Source: Marivivens sp.
GTDB taxonomy: Bacteria; Pseudomonadota; Alphaproteobacteria; Rhodobacterales; Rhodobacteraceae
DNA: 48,512 bases
Reading direction: 5' to 3'
Assembly (NCBI GenBank): GCA_023254495.1
Contig: JALRLK010000048.1
Span: 1 to 48,512, forward strand
The notes below the pieces were generated by a model. It saw only the letters and a list, made by a program, of their open reading frames with translations. It had not been told where the DNA came from and searched no databases. Position 1 is the stretch's first letter; the number at the start of each line of letters is the position of its first letter. The translations under genes were made by a program, and so were the position numbers. Of this stretch, positions 10,526 through 19,716 are shown in pieces.

Positions 10526-10734
10526 AATGCCCTTCAGCAATCGCGTAATCGTGCTTGCCCTGTCATCAGGTTCGACGACCAAGGTCGCAAATCATTCATC
10601 TAATGCCGAAACCAACTATTGACCCATCGTCAAAAAGGTCGACGATGGATGTTGATTGGAGGTTGGGCGCGCTGGGAGGACGCCGTGCGCCTGGGGTATG
10701 CCCCCGTCAAATGAAAAAATTCAGGGAGAAAAGA

Positions 10735-12396
10735 ATGACCCATATCAACTCTGCACTCCACCCGGCAGCACTGATGTATGCCGAGGAAGAGCGCGCAGGT
10801 AAGCTGAGCCGCCGCGAGTTCATGACCCGCGCCACCGCTCTCGGTGTGACCGCCACCGCCGCCTATGGCCTTCTCGGCCTGAAGGCTCCGGTCGCTGCCG
10901 CGACCGCCGCTCAGGGCGGCACCATGCGTATCCAGATGAACGTTGTGGCGCAGAAGGATCCGCGCACCTACGACTGGTCCTACCTCGGCAACGTCGGCCG
11001 CGGCTGGCTCGAGTATCTCGTCGAGGTCAACAGCGACGGTTCGATGCGCGGTATGCTGCTGGAAAGCTGGGAAGCCAATGCGGACGCCTCGCAATATACC
11101 CTCCACGTCCGCCCCGGCGTGACCTGGAACAATGGCGATGCCTTCAACGCCGACAACGTGGTCTGGATCCTCAACTACTGGTGCGACAAGGCCGTGGAAG
11201 GCAACTCGATGGCGGGCCGTATGTCTTCGCTTATCGACGCCGAAACCGGCAAGGCTCGCGAGGGTGCGATCGTCAAGCTCGACGACATGACCGTTCAACT
11301 GAACCTGCCCGCCTCGGACATCACCATCATGGTCGGCATGGCCGACTACCCGGCGGCTGTTGTTCACCCCAGCCACAACCCCGAAACCATGGTCGCAGAC
11401 TCGCTCGGCACCGGCCCCTACAAGCTCGAGTCGCTCGAGGTTGGCGTGAAGGCCGTTCTCGTCCGCAACGAGGGCCACACCTGGTGGGGCCATTCGGTTG
11501 AAGGGGTTGGCGGCGCCTATCTCGATCGCATCGAGTTCATCGACTACGGCACCGATCCGGCCGCGTGGATGGCTGCAATCGAATCCGATGAAGTCGACAT
11601 GCTCTATGAGAACGTCGGCGAATTCCTCGATATCGCCTCGGCGATTGGCTGGGAGCAGTCGGACGTGACCACCGGTGCGACCCTCGTCTTCCGCTTCAAC
11701 CAGAAGACCGAAGTCGATGGCAAGGCGCCCTATGCCGATGTCCGCGTCCGTCAGGCGCTGAGCCAGGCCGTGAACAACGGTGTGGTTCTCGAGCTCGGCT
11801 ATTCGGGCCGCGGCACCGAGGCTGACAACCACCACGTCGCTCCGGTCCATCCGGAATATGCCGATATCGGCCGTCCGAAGTTCGACCCCTCGGGCACCAA
11901 AGCGCTTCTCGACGAAGCTGGCATGGGCGACTACGAGTTCGAGCTGATCACCCTTGATGACGACTTCAACCGGAACTCGGGCGACGCCGTTGCCGCGCAG
12001 ATCCGCGACGCGGGCGCCAATATCAAGCGGACGATCATGCCCGGCTCGACCTTCTGGAACGACTGGGACAAGTTTCCCTTCTCGGCGACCGAATGGAACC
12101 ACCGCCCGCTGGGTGTTCAGGTTCTGGCGCTGGCCTATCGTTCGGGCGAGGCCTGGAACGAGAGCGCCTATTCGAACCTCGAGTTCGATGCGCTTCTCGC
12201 CAAGGCCATGTCGCTCGCGGATGCCGATGAACGCCGCGAGGTGATGGCCGAGCTGGAGACCCTGTTCCGCAACGACGCCGTGATCATCCAGCCGTTCTGG
12301 CGCAAGCTCTACCGGCACTTCCGTCCGGGCGTTGTGGGTGCGGCCATGCACCCGAGCTTTGAGATCCACGCCTACAAGCTGGGTTTCTCGGCCTAA
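10735..12396 (+). CDS. ABC transporter substrate-binding protein, family 5 (peptide/nickel/opine type), Tat-type signal
   Basis: The ATG at 10735 is preceded by cagGGAGAaaaga. The N-terminus carries the twin-arginine motif LSRREFMTRATALGVTATAAYG. Its size and position ahead of two permeases and an ATPase fit this role. The track start at 10555 is an unlikely extension. Confidence 0.85.
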   Translation: MTHINSALHPAALMYAEEERAGKLSRREFMTRATALGVTATAAYGLLGLKAPVAAATAAQGGTMRIQMNVVAQKDPRTYDWSYLGNVGRGWLEYLVEVNSDGSMRGMLLESWEANADASQYTLHVRPGVTWNNGDAFNADNVVWILNYWCDKAVEGNSMAGRMSSLIDAETGKAREGAIVKLDDMTVQLNLPASDITIMVGMADYPAAVVHPSHNPETMVADSLGTGPYKLESLEVGVKAVLVRNEGHTWWGHSVEGVGGAYLDRIEFIDYGTDPAAWMAAIESDEVDMLYENVGEFLDIASAIGWEQSDVTTGATLVFRFNQKTEVDGKAPYADVRVRQALSQAVNNGVVLELGYSGRGTEADNHHVAPVHPEYADIGRPKFDPSGTKALLDEAGMGDYEFELITLDDDFNRNSGDAVAAQIRDAGANIKRTIMPGSTFWNDWDKFPFSATEWNHRPLGVQVLALAYRSGEAWNESAYSNLEFDALLAKAMSLADADERREVMAELETLFRNDAVIIQPFWRKLYRHFRPGVVGAAMHPSFEIHAYKLGFSA

Positions 12397-12410
12397 TATA
12401 CCTGTGTGTC

Positions 12411-12481
12411 GTCCCCGCTCCGGCGGGGGCGCTCCGGCCCTGCCGGACGTATGGCTTTCTCGGCCGCCCCAAAAGGCGGCC
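12411..12481 (+). promoter_or_regulatory. Three consecutive GC-rich stem-loops in the SBP-permease intercistronic spacer
   Basis: Hairpins are ccccgc-tccg-gcgggg (12413-12428), tccggc-cct-gccgga (12433-12447) and ggccgcc-ccaaaa-ggcggcc (12462-12481). No clear T-tract follows. This arrangement is typical of mRNA-stabilising or attenuating structures after SBP genes. Confidence 0.5.
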
Positions 12482-12508
12482 TAATCTACGAACGACAAGG
12501 GAAGCTCA

Positions 12509-13555
12509 ATGGGCCTTTTTGTCTTGCGCCGCTTCGGGGTCATGATCCTTACGGCGCTATGTCTGACATTCGTTGTGTTCGTTTTGACGAACCTAGAACC
12601 AAACCTCGAAAAACTCGCCAAAACCCAAGGTAACGCCCGGATGTCGGATGAACAGGTGGAAACCTGGCTTTCCAACCGCGGTTATCACCGCCCTGTGGCT
12701 GTCAAATACGGCGAATGGCTTGGGGTGCTTCCCGGCTATGTTATTGAAGGCACCGATGGCGAGACCCGTGGCCGCTGTCTCCGCGGCGGTGTCGATCCGG
12801 CCGACGCGGCCCGTTTCTGCGGCATTCTTCAAGGCGACTGGGGCTTCTCCACCGTCTTTAAGGAAGATGTCTGGAAAATCGTTCTCACCCGCCTTGGCCA
12901 AACCGCAAAGCTCATGGGCTGGGTGATGGCGGTGATGGTTCCGTCTTCACTGATCATCGGGGTTCTGGCGGGGATGCGCGAGGGTTCTAAGCTCGACCGT
13001 TCGCTGTCGACCGTCTCGATCGTCACGACCGCCACGCCGGAATATGTCTCGGGCGTGATCTTCATCACCGTTTTCGCCTCCTCCGCCGTGGGCCTCAAAT
13101 GGTTCAACGGCTCGGCCACAAGCGCGATGGAAGATATCACCTTCCTCAACTTTACCCTGCCGGTCATGACCGTGGCGCTTTACGGCATGGGCTATATCGC
13201 TCGCATGACCCGCGCCTCGATGACCGAGGTGATGACCGCGCAATACATCCGCACCGCCCGCCTCAAAGGTGTGAGCTTCCGCAACATCGTTCTCAAACAC
13301 GCTTTGCGAAATGCGCTGATCGCACCGTTTACAGTGATCATGCTGCAATTCCCGTGGCTCTTGAACGGTGTGGTGATCGTCGAGACACTTTTCAACTTCA
13401 AGGGCTTCGGCTGGACCCTCGTGCAGGCCGCCGGCAACAACGATATCGAGATGCTTTTGGGCGTCTCGGTCGTCTCGGTCTTTGTCGTTCTGACCACGCA
13501 GTTGATCTCGGATATCGGCTACGTCTTCCTCAACCCCCGCATTCGGATTTCGTGA
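12509..13555 (+). CDS. ABC transporter permease (DppB/OppB-like)
   Basis: 348-aa polytopic membrane protein with the EAA-type loop region (YIRTARLKGVSFRNIVLKHALRNAL). Confidence 0.85.
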   Translation: MGLFVLRRFGVMILTALCLTFVVFVLTNLEPNLEKLAKTQGNARMSDEQVETWLSNRGYHRPVAVKYGEWLGVLPGYVIEGTDGETRGRCLRGGVDPADAARFCGILQGDWGFSTVFKEDVWKIVLTRLGQTAKLMGWVMAVMVPSSLIIGVLAGMREGSKLDRSLSTVSIVTTATPEYVSGVIFITVFASSAVGLKWFNGSATSAMEDITFLNFTLPVMTVALYGMGYIARMTRASMTEVMTAQYIRTARLKGVSFRNIVLKHALRNALIAPFTVIMLQFPWLLNGVVIVETLFNFKGFGWTLVQAAGNNDIEMLLGVSVVSVFVVLTTQLISDIGYVFLNPRIRIS

Positions 13556-13565
13556 GGAGAGCGCC

Positions 13566-15020
13566 ATGGAAAACCTGACCTGGACCGGAACGCTCGGAAC
13601 CATCCTCAACCCCGCCCTCTTGGCGGCGGCGGGGCTATTCGCCATGGCCGTTGTTCTGCAAATCCTCACCTCGCTTGTCGTCGAACCCTACCGCGCCCAG
13701 ACCTTGCCTGACGGCCGCCTGTCGAGGCGCGGCGGCGCTATTGGCCTCATTGAGCGGGCGCCGCAGTACCTCTTGTGGGCACTGATCCTGATCGTCCTCG
13801 GCTATCTCGTCGGTGGCGTGGTCGCGCCCTATGGGAAGGCCGGCATCGTCGGCGCTATCTCGAAACAGCTCACACCTGTCTGGATCGCGCTCATTGTCAC
13901 CTTTGCGGCCTCGATCCGCTACAAGCGGCGGCTGGGGCTCTACGGCAAACTCTTCGACTCGACCGTCGGTATGATCGGTTTCGGCATCGTCATGTTCTGG
14001 GTCTATACCGCCTTCTTCTCGTCGGTCGGTGGGATTATCGCGACCCATGACCCGCTCTCGCAAGTCTCCGGTTTGAAAAACAAGCTGCCCGGCACCGCCG
14101 TTCCCAATGCGACCGACTTTGCAATGGGCGCCCACTATCTTCTCGGCGGCGACAACCTCGCCCGCGATGTGTTCAGCCGGATGGTCCTTGGCTCTTGGGA
14201 GGTGGTGAAGATCGCGCCCTTGGCCACGATGTTTGCCTTCATGGTCGGCATCACCCTCGGCGTGCCGGCAGGTTATTACGGCGGCAAGCTGGACACCGTT
14301 CTGTCGTTCCTCGCCAACCTGATCCTCGCCTTTCCGGTGATCCTGCTCTTCTACCTTCTGGTGACACCCGAGATCGTGCTAACCGGCATCCCCTCCTATA
14401 TGGCGGCGGTGCTCTTCTTCTTTCCGGTGCTCTTCGCGACGGTGTTTCTCAACGCCCGCTTCCGCACCGATCCGATGAAGCGCAACGTAATCCTCGGCGT
14501 GGTCGTCGGCGCGATGGTCTGGGCCTATCTCTCGCTCATCTCGCAGCCCGGCACGGTGATGAACTTCCTGCCCGCGGCAGCCGACCTCTTCAACATTCCG
14601 CCCGGCATCCTTGTGGTCTTTGTCTCGGTGGTTTTCGTCAACTCGCCTACAGTATTCCGTATCGTCCGCGGCCTAACGCTTGATCTCTCGACCCGCGACT
14701 ATGTGGCCGCCGCCCAGACCCGTGGCGAGGGCCCGTGGTATATCATGCTCTGGGAGATACTGCCCAACGCCCGCGGGCCGCTGATCGTCGATTTCTGCCT
14801 GCGGATCGGCTACACCACGATCCTTCTCGGGACATTGGGCTTCTTCGGCCTCGGCCTGCCGCCGGAAAGCCCCGACTGGGGATCGACCATCAACGAAGGG
14901 CGCAAGCTCCTCTCGATCTATCCGCACCCTGCCCTGCCGCCAGCACTGGCGCTTCTCAGCCTCGTTCTCGGCCTCAACCTCTTGGCCGACGGCCTGCGTG
15001 AAGAAAGCCTGAGGGACTGA
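13566..15020 (+). CDS. ABC transporter permease (DppC/OppC-like) with a ~190-aa extra N-terminal membrane region
   Basis: 484 aa. The C-terminal two-thirds resemble DppC (DYVAAAQTRGEGPWYIMLWEILPNARGPLIV). The N-terminal part adds several hydrophobic segments. Confidence 0.85.
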   Translation: MENLTWTGTLGTILNPALLAAAGLFAMAVVLQILTSLVVEPYRAQTLPDGRLSRRGGAIGLIERAPQYLLWALILIVLGYLVGGVVAPYGKAGIVGAISKQLTPVWIALIVTFAASIRYKRRLGLYGKLFDSTVGMIGFGIVMFWVYTAFFSSVGGIIATHDPLSQVSGLKNKLPGTAVPNATDFAMGAHYLLGGDNLARDVFSRMVLGSWEVVKIAPLATMFAFMVGITLGVPAGYYGGKLDTVLSFLANLILAFPVILLFYLLVTPEIVLTGIPSYMAAVLFFFPVLFATVFLNARFRTDPMKRNVILGVVVGAMVWAYLSLISQPGTVMNFLPAAADLFNIPPGILVVFVSVVFVNSPTVFRIVRGLTLDLSTRDYVAAAQTRGEGPWYIMLWEILPNARGPLIVDFCLRIGYTTILLGTLGFFGLGLPPESPDWGSTINEGRKLLSIYPHPALPPALALLSLVLGLNLLADGLREESLRD

Positions 15021-15022
15021 TC

Positions 15023-17098
15023 ATGACCGAAGACACTCCGATCCTCGACATCGACCGCCTCTCGATCTCATTCTTCACCCGCCTTCGGGAAATCCCCGCC
15101 GTGATGGATTTCTCGGCCAAGATCATGCCCGGCGAGGCGCTTGGCCTAGTGGGCGAATCCGGCTGCGGCAAATCCACCGTGGCCTTGGGCGTCATGCAGG
15201 ATCTGGGCGTGAACGGCCGGATCGTCGGCGGCTCGATCAAGTTCAAGGGCCGCGACCTCTGCACCATGAGCGCCGAAGAGTTGCGCGATGTGCGCGGCAG
15301 CGAGATCGCGATGATCTATCAGGAGCCGATGGCCTCGCTCAATCCGGCGATGAAGATCGGCCGGCAGCTGATGGAAGTGCCGATGATCCACGAGGGGATC
15401 GGGGAGAAAGAGGCCTATGCCCGCGCTTTGGAAGTCGTCACAGACGTGAAGCTGCCCGACCCCGAGCGCATTCTCAAAAGCTATCCGCACCAGCTTTCGG
15501 GCGGCCAGCAGCAGCGGATCGTCATCGCCATGGCGCTTATGTCGAAGCCCACGCTACTGATCCTTGATGAGCCGACCACCGCGCTTGACGTGACCGTGGA
15601 AGCCGCAGTGGTGCAGCTCGTCAAAGACCTCGGCAAGAAATACGGCACCTCGATGCTGTTCATCAGCCACAACCTTGGGCTGGTGCTCGAAACCTGCGAC
15701 CGCATCTGCGTGATGTATTCCGGCGAGGCGGTCGAGCGCGGCTCGATCGAAGATGTCTTCGACAAGATGCGCCACCCCTATACGCAGGCGCTCTTCCGCT
15801 CGATCCCGCTGCCCGGCGCCGACAAGAACGCCCGCCCCCTTGTCGCGATCCCCGGCAACTTCCCTCTGCCGCACGAGCGCCCGAAGGGCTGCAACTTTGG
15901 CCCCCGCTGCGACTATTTCGAAGCGGGCCGCTGCGATCAGGGCGTCATTGCAATGAGCCTCGTCGAAGGCGACGACCGGCATCAGACGCGCTGTCTGAAG
16001 TTCGAGGAAATCGACTGGGACGCCAAGATTGAAGCCGGAGAGACCAAGGCCAAGGCCGCGGTGGGCGAGGTCGTCCTGAAGATGGACAACCTCAAGAAAT
16101 ACTACGAGGTCTCGGCCAATGCCCTCTTTGGCGGCGGCAATACCAAGGTAGTCAAGGCCAACGAGACCCTATCATTTGAGGCGCGTGAAAGCGAGACGCT
16201 GGCTATTGTAGGCGAATCCGGCTGCGGCAAATCCACTTTCGCCAAGGTCTTGATGGGGCTTGAGACAGCGACCGATGGCAAGATCCTGCTCGACAACCGC
16301 GAGATCCAAGGCACCGCCATCAACGACCGCGATACCGGCACTGTGGCCGATATCCAGATGGTGTTCCAGAACCCCTTCGATACGCTCAACCCCTCGATGA
16401 CCGTGGGGCGCCAGATCATCCGCGCGCTCGAAATCTTCGGGATCGGCAAGAGCGATGCCGAGCGCAAGGCGCGGATGCTGGAGCTGCTCGATCTCGTAAA
16501 GCTCCCCCGCGCATTCGCCGAACGGATGCCGCGCCAGCTTTCGGGCGGGCAGAAACAGCGCGTGGGCATCGCCCGCGCCTTTGCGGGCGGCGCGCGGATC
16601 GTGGTGGCCGACGAGCCTGTCTCGGCGCTCGATGTGTCGGTGCAGGCGGCGGTGACGGATCTTCTCATGGAGATCCAGCGCAAGGAAAAGACCACGCTTC
16701 TCTTCATCAGCCACGACCTGTCGATCGTGCGCTATCTCTCGGATCGGGTGATGGTCATGTATCTCGGCCATGTGGTCGAGATAGGCACGACAGATCAGGT
16801 CTTTTCGCCCCCCTATCACCCCTATACCGAGGCGCTCCTCTCTGCTGTGCCGATTGCCGATACCAAGGTCGAGAAAAAGCATATCGTTCTAGAAGGCGAT
16901 ATCCCCTCGGCTATGAACCCGCCGCCCGGCTGCCCATTCCAAACACGCTGCCGCTGGAAATCCAAAGTCGCGGGCGGGCTGTGCGAGCGCGAGGTGCCGC
17001 CATTGCGGACCTTGGCAGAGGGGCATCAGATCAAGTGCCATCTGGCTGAAGACGATCTGCGCCGCATGGAGCCGGTCATCACCATCGCCGCTGAATAA
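15023..17098 (+). CDS. Fused tandem ABC ATP-binding protein (DppD-DppF type)
   Basis: 691 aa with two Walker A sites (GESGCGKST twice), two LSGGQ signatures (LSGGQQQR, LSGGQKQR) and two Cys-rich oligopeptide-transporter C-terminal regions. Confidence 0.9.
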   Translation: MTEDTPILDIDRLSISFFTRLREIPAVMDFSAKIMPGEALGLVGESGCGKSTVALGVMQDLGVNGRIVGGSIKFKGRDLCTMSAEELRDVRGSEIAMIYQEPMASLNPAMKIGRQLMEVPMIHEGIGEKEAYARALEVVTDVKLPDPERILKSYPHQLSGGQQQRIVIAMALMSKPTLLILDEPTTALDVTVEAAVVQLVKDLGKKYGTSMLFISHNLGLVLETCDRICVMYSGEAVERGSIEDVFDKMRHPYTQALFRSIPLPGADKNARPLVAIPGNFPLPHERPKGCNFGPRCDYFEAGRCDQGVIAMSLVEGDDRHQTRCLKFEEIDWDAKIEAGETKAKAAVGEVVLKMDNLKKYYEVSANALFGGGNTKVVKANETLSFEARESETLAIVGESGCGKSTFAKVLMGLETATDGKILLDNREIQGTAINDRDTGTVADIQMVFQNPFDTLNPSMTVGRQIIRALEIFGIGKSDAERKARMLELLDLVKLPRAFAERMPRQLSGGQKQRVGIARAFAGGARIVVADEPVSALDVSVQAAVTDLLMEIQRKEKTTLLFISHDLSIVRYLSDRVMVMYLGHVVEIGTTDQVFSPPYHPYTEALLSAVPIADTKVEKKHIVLEGDIPSAMNPPPGCPFQTRCRWKSKVAGGLCEREVPPLRTLAEGHQIKCHLAEDDLRRMEPVITIAAE

Positions 17099-17187
17099 GG
17101 CGGCGAAGCGGGGCACATTTACCTTTCCTTCACCATGTGAGGATGGTGTAACGTGCGTGACCTGCACAAGATTCGAAGGGGAAGCAA

Positions 17188-17676
17188 ATGGCCGGATCCG
17201 TCAACAAGGTTATTCTGGTGGGAAATCTCGGGCGCGACCCCGAGGTGCGCAGCTTTCAGAACGGCGGCAAGGTGGTGAACCTGCGCATCGCGACATCGGA
17301 AAACTGGAAAGACCGCAACACCGGCGAGCGCAAGGAGCGCACCGAATGGCATTCGGTGGCGATCTTTAGCGAACCCCTCGCCCGTATCGCCGAGCAGTAT
17401 CTGCGCAAGGGCTCGAAGGTCTATATCGAGGGCCAGCTCGAGACCCGCAAATGGCAGGACCAGTCCGGTCAGGACCGCTATACGACCGAAATCGTCCTGC
17501 GCCCCTATCGCGGCGAGCTGACACTTCTTGATAGCGCCGGCGGCTCAGGCGCCGGGGGTGGCGGCGGCTACGATGATGATCGTGGCGGCTATAGCGGTGG
17601 TTCGAGTGGCGGCTATGGCGGTGGCTCGGGTGGCGGCGGTGGCCGCTCCGACCTCGACGACGAGATCCCGTTCTAA
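17188..17676 (+). CDS. ssb: Single-stranded DNA-binding protein
   Basis: 162 aa. The N-terminus [21 protein letters not shown] forms an OB fold, followed by a Gly-rich linker and the acidic tip DLDDEIPF. Confidence 0.95.
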   Translation: MAGSVNKVILVGNLGRDPEVRSFQNGGKVVNLRIATSENWKDRNTGERKERTEWHSVAIFSEPLARIAEQYLRKGSKVYIEGQLETRKWQDQSGQDRYTTEIVLRPYRGELTLLDSAGGSGAGGGGGYDDDRGGYSGGSSGGYGGGSGGGGGRSDLDDEIPF

Positions 17677-17706
17677 GAAAAACCCCCGCTTCGGCGGGGG
17701 TTTTTC
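17677..17706. terminator. Bidirectional intrinsic terminator between convergent ssb and aroB
   Basis: gaaaaa-CCCCCGC-ttcg-GCGGGGG-ttttt: a perfect 7-bp GC stem flanked by an A-tract and a T-tract. Confidence 0.85.
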
Positions 17707-17709
17707 TTT

Positions 17710-18825
17710 CTAGCGGCGGGCGAGTTCCTCGGCCAAAAGCCCTCGCACCACATCCGCCGGCACGTCCGAAGTGACAAAGGCCGCTCCAATCCCCCGCGCC
17801 AGGATGAAACGCAGCTTGCCGTCGAGAACCTTCTTGTCCTGCGCCATCAGTGCCAAAAGCGCGACAGCATCCGGCAGATCGCCGGGAATGTCCTTGAGAT
17901 CGACCTTCATCCCCATCGCTGCAAGGTGGACACTCACGCGGCTCGGTTCTTCCTGAGGACAAAGGCCGAGACGGGCCGAGGTCTCGAAGGCCAGAGCACA
18001 GCCGATGGCGACACCTTCCCCATGCAGAAGCCGCGAGGAATAGCCCGTCGCCGCCTCGAGCGCGTGGCAGAACGTATGGCCAAGGTTCAGAAGCGCGCGG
18101 TCGCCCTGTTCGGTCTCGTCGCGCATGACGATCTCGGCCTTCATCTCGCACGACCGGCGAACGGCATAGTTGCGCTTGTCGATATCGCCTGCCGCCATCG
18201 CGGGGCCATTTGCCTCGAGCCACTCGAAGAAGGCCGCGTCCCCCAAAAGCCCGTATTTCACCACCTCGCCATAGCCCGCGAGGAAATCACGGGGCGGCAG
18301 GGTTGCCAGAAGGCCGGTGTCGGCCAAGACGAGCGTTGGCTGGTGGAAGGCGCCGACAAGGTTCTTGCCTTGGGCAGTGTTGATGCCGGTCTTGCCGCCC
18401 ACGGAGCTATCGACCTGCGCCAGAAGCGACGTCGGGATCTGCACGAACCGCACGCCGCGCCGGACCACAGCGGCAGCAAAGCCCACGAGATCGCCGATCA
18501 CACCGCCGCCAAGCGCGATGACAAGATCGCCGCGTTCGATCTTTTCGGTGAGGATCCACTCGACAGCGCGGGAAAACTGTTCCCAGCCCTTGGTGGCCTC
18601 TCCCGCCGGCAGAGCCAGGGCACTATGGGCAATGCCCGCCGCATCGAGCGAGGCCTGCAAGGTCGCCAGATGCAGCCCCGCCACCGTCTCGTCGGTGATG
18701 ATCGCCACCCGCTTGCGGCGCAGGTGTGGCGCAATATGCGCGCCAGCGTCGGCCAAAAGCCCCGCACCGATCAGGATGTCATAGGCCCGCCCCGGCAGGT
18801 CAACGCGCACGGTCTGGTAGGTCAT
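17710..18825 (-). CDS. aroB: 3-dehydroquinate synthase
   Basis: 371 aa. GGGVIGDLVGFAAA and HGEGVAIG motifs. The start overlaps the aroK stop (aroK-aroB operon). Confidence 0.93.
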   Translation of the reverse strand: MTYQTVRVDLPGRAYDILIGAGLLADAGAHIAPHLRRKRVAIITDETVAGLHLATLQASLDAAGIAHSALALPAGEATKGWEQFSRAVEWILTEKIERGDLVIALGGGVIGDLVGFAAAVVRRGVRFVQIPTSLLAQVDSSVGGKTGINTAQGKNLVGAFHQPTLVLADTGLLATLPPRDFLAGYGEVVKYGLLGDAAFFEWLEANGPAMAAGDIDKRNYAVRRSCEMKAEIVMRDETEQGDRALLNLGHTFCHALEAATGYSSRLLHGEGVAIGCALAFETSARLGLCPQEEPSRVSVHLAAMGMKVDLKDIPGDLPDAVALLALMAQDKKVLDGKLRFILARGIGAAFVTSDVPADVVRGLLAEELARR

Positions 18826-19412
18826 GCTCTCTCCAGAATATCGGGGCGGCGCAACAGAGCCTCGATCACCTTTTCGGTGGTCTCGTCTATCGAATACTGC
18901 GGCAGGGTGTGCACCTTCAGATCGGCCATTGCATAGAATGGCTCACGCATTTCGCAAAGCTCGGCGAGGGTTCGCTTCGGGTCGGCTGTCCGCAGCAAAG
19001 GGCGCGTTTCCTTGTGACGCACCCGATCCCAGAGAAGATCGAGCTCGGCACAGAGCCATACCGAGACGCCCTGCGCCGAAATAGCCGTGCGGTTGCGTTC
19101 GGCCAGAAAGGCCCCGCCGCCGGTCGAGAGCACACAAGGGCTGCCGGCCAGAAGCCGCTCGATCACTTCCGATTCACGGGCGCGGAAGAACGGCTCGCCA
19201 TCGCGGGCAAAAATCTCGGCGATTGTCGCATTGGCGGCAAGCTCGATCTCAGCGTCGGAATCAAGAAGCGGCACGCCAAGCCGCGCCGCCAATGTCCGAC
19301 CTACGGCTGTCTTGCCGGCACCCATCATGCCCACAAGCACGACGGTCTTGTGTAAAATAAACTTGTCCGCTGTGGCCCTCTCAAGGCCAGCCGCCTGTGG
19401 CGTCGCACTCAT
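18822..19412 (-). CDS. aroK: Shikimate kinase
   Basis: 196 aa. Walker A VGMMGAGKTAVG; typical size and partner gene. Confidence 0.9.
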   Translation of the reverse strand: MSATPQAAGLERATADKFILHKTVVLVGMMGAGKTAVGRTLAARLGVPLLDSDAEIELAANATIAEIFARDGEPFFRARESEVIERLLAGSPCVLSTGGGAFLAERNRTAISAQGVSVWLCAELDLLWDRVRHKETRPLLRTADPKRTLAELCEMREPFYAMADLKVHTLPQYSIDETTEKVIEALLRRPDILERA

Positions 19413-19560
19413 TTAATATCCCTCAAGCGGTCACAATCGGCGCACTGCCGCCCAGTCAAAACTTTCTCTACTGAATGGCGTGATCTTGCGGGAAATGCCA
19501 GTTATAAAGATGCACAAAGCGGTCAAAACCGTACCGGGCAGAAGAGGCAAGGATGCCGCT

Positions 19561-19716
19561 ATGATATGGCGACTAATCAAGTTCTTGGTGGTTTTGGTGG
19601 TTATTGGGGCCATCGGTCTTGTGGCCTATGCTTATGTGGGGCCCTTGTTCTTCAGCGACGATTTTGCTGCGCCGACCGAGGAAATCACCCAGCCTGTCGC
19701 GCTTGAGAGCAACTGA
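19561..19716 (+). CDS. Small single-pass membrane protein (51 aa), function unknown
   Basis: MIWRLIKFLVVLVVIGAIGLVAYAYVGPLFF is a clear TM helix. The stop overlaps the start of the next gene (TGATG). The start is chosen inside track ORF 19480..19716. Confidence 0.4.
   Translation: MIWRLIKFLVVLVVIGAIGLVAYAYVGPLFFSDDFAAPTEEITQPVALESN

Noticed and set aside
10630-12369. A 579-aa minus-strand ORF, plus similar very long ORFs: 799-1392, 3536-4555, 4951-5886, 6088-6876, 7123-7854, 7863-8609, 9626-10477, 12947-13669, 17926-18936, 28724-30307, 31571-33160, 33069-34502, 35819-37366, 38882-39877, 40522-41520, 42626-44302, 44401-45558 and 45670-47421.
   Set aside because: Each lies antisense to, or out of frame with, a gene whose product has unmistakable family motifs. 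Their translations are Arg/Gly/Ala/His-rich low-complexity strings. Long stop-free antisense frames are expected in GC-rich DNA.
15154-16239. An identical 26-nt stretch, GGCGAATCCGGCTGCGGCAAATCCAC, occurring twice about 1.06 kb apart.
   Set aside because: Both copies encode the Walker A loops (GESGCGKST) of the two halves of the fused ABC ATPase. It is a conserved motif with shared codon preference, not a mobile repeat.
17540-17660. GGC/GGT-rich near-tandem repetition.
   Set aside because: It encodes the Gly-rich flexible linker of SSB ([35 protein letters not shown]). It is a coding low-complexity region, not a repeat element.
17366-18223. A 285-aa Arg/Gly/Ser-rich ORF on the same strand as aroB.
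   Set aside because: It is an alternative frame of aroB extending into the ssb antisense region. Its composition ([27 protein letters not shown]) is not protein-like.
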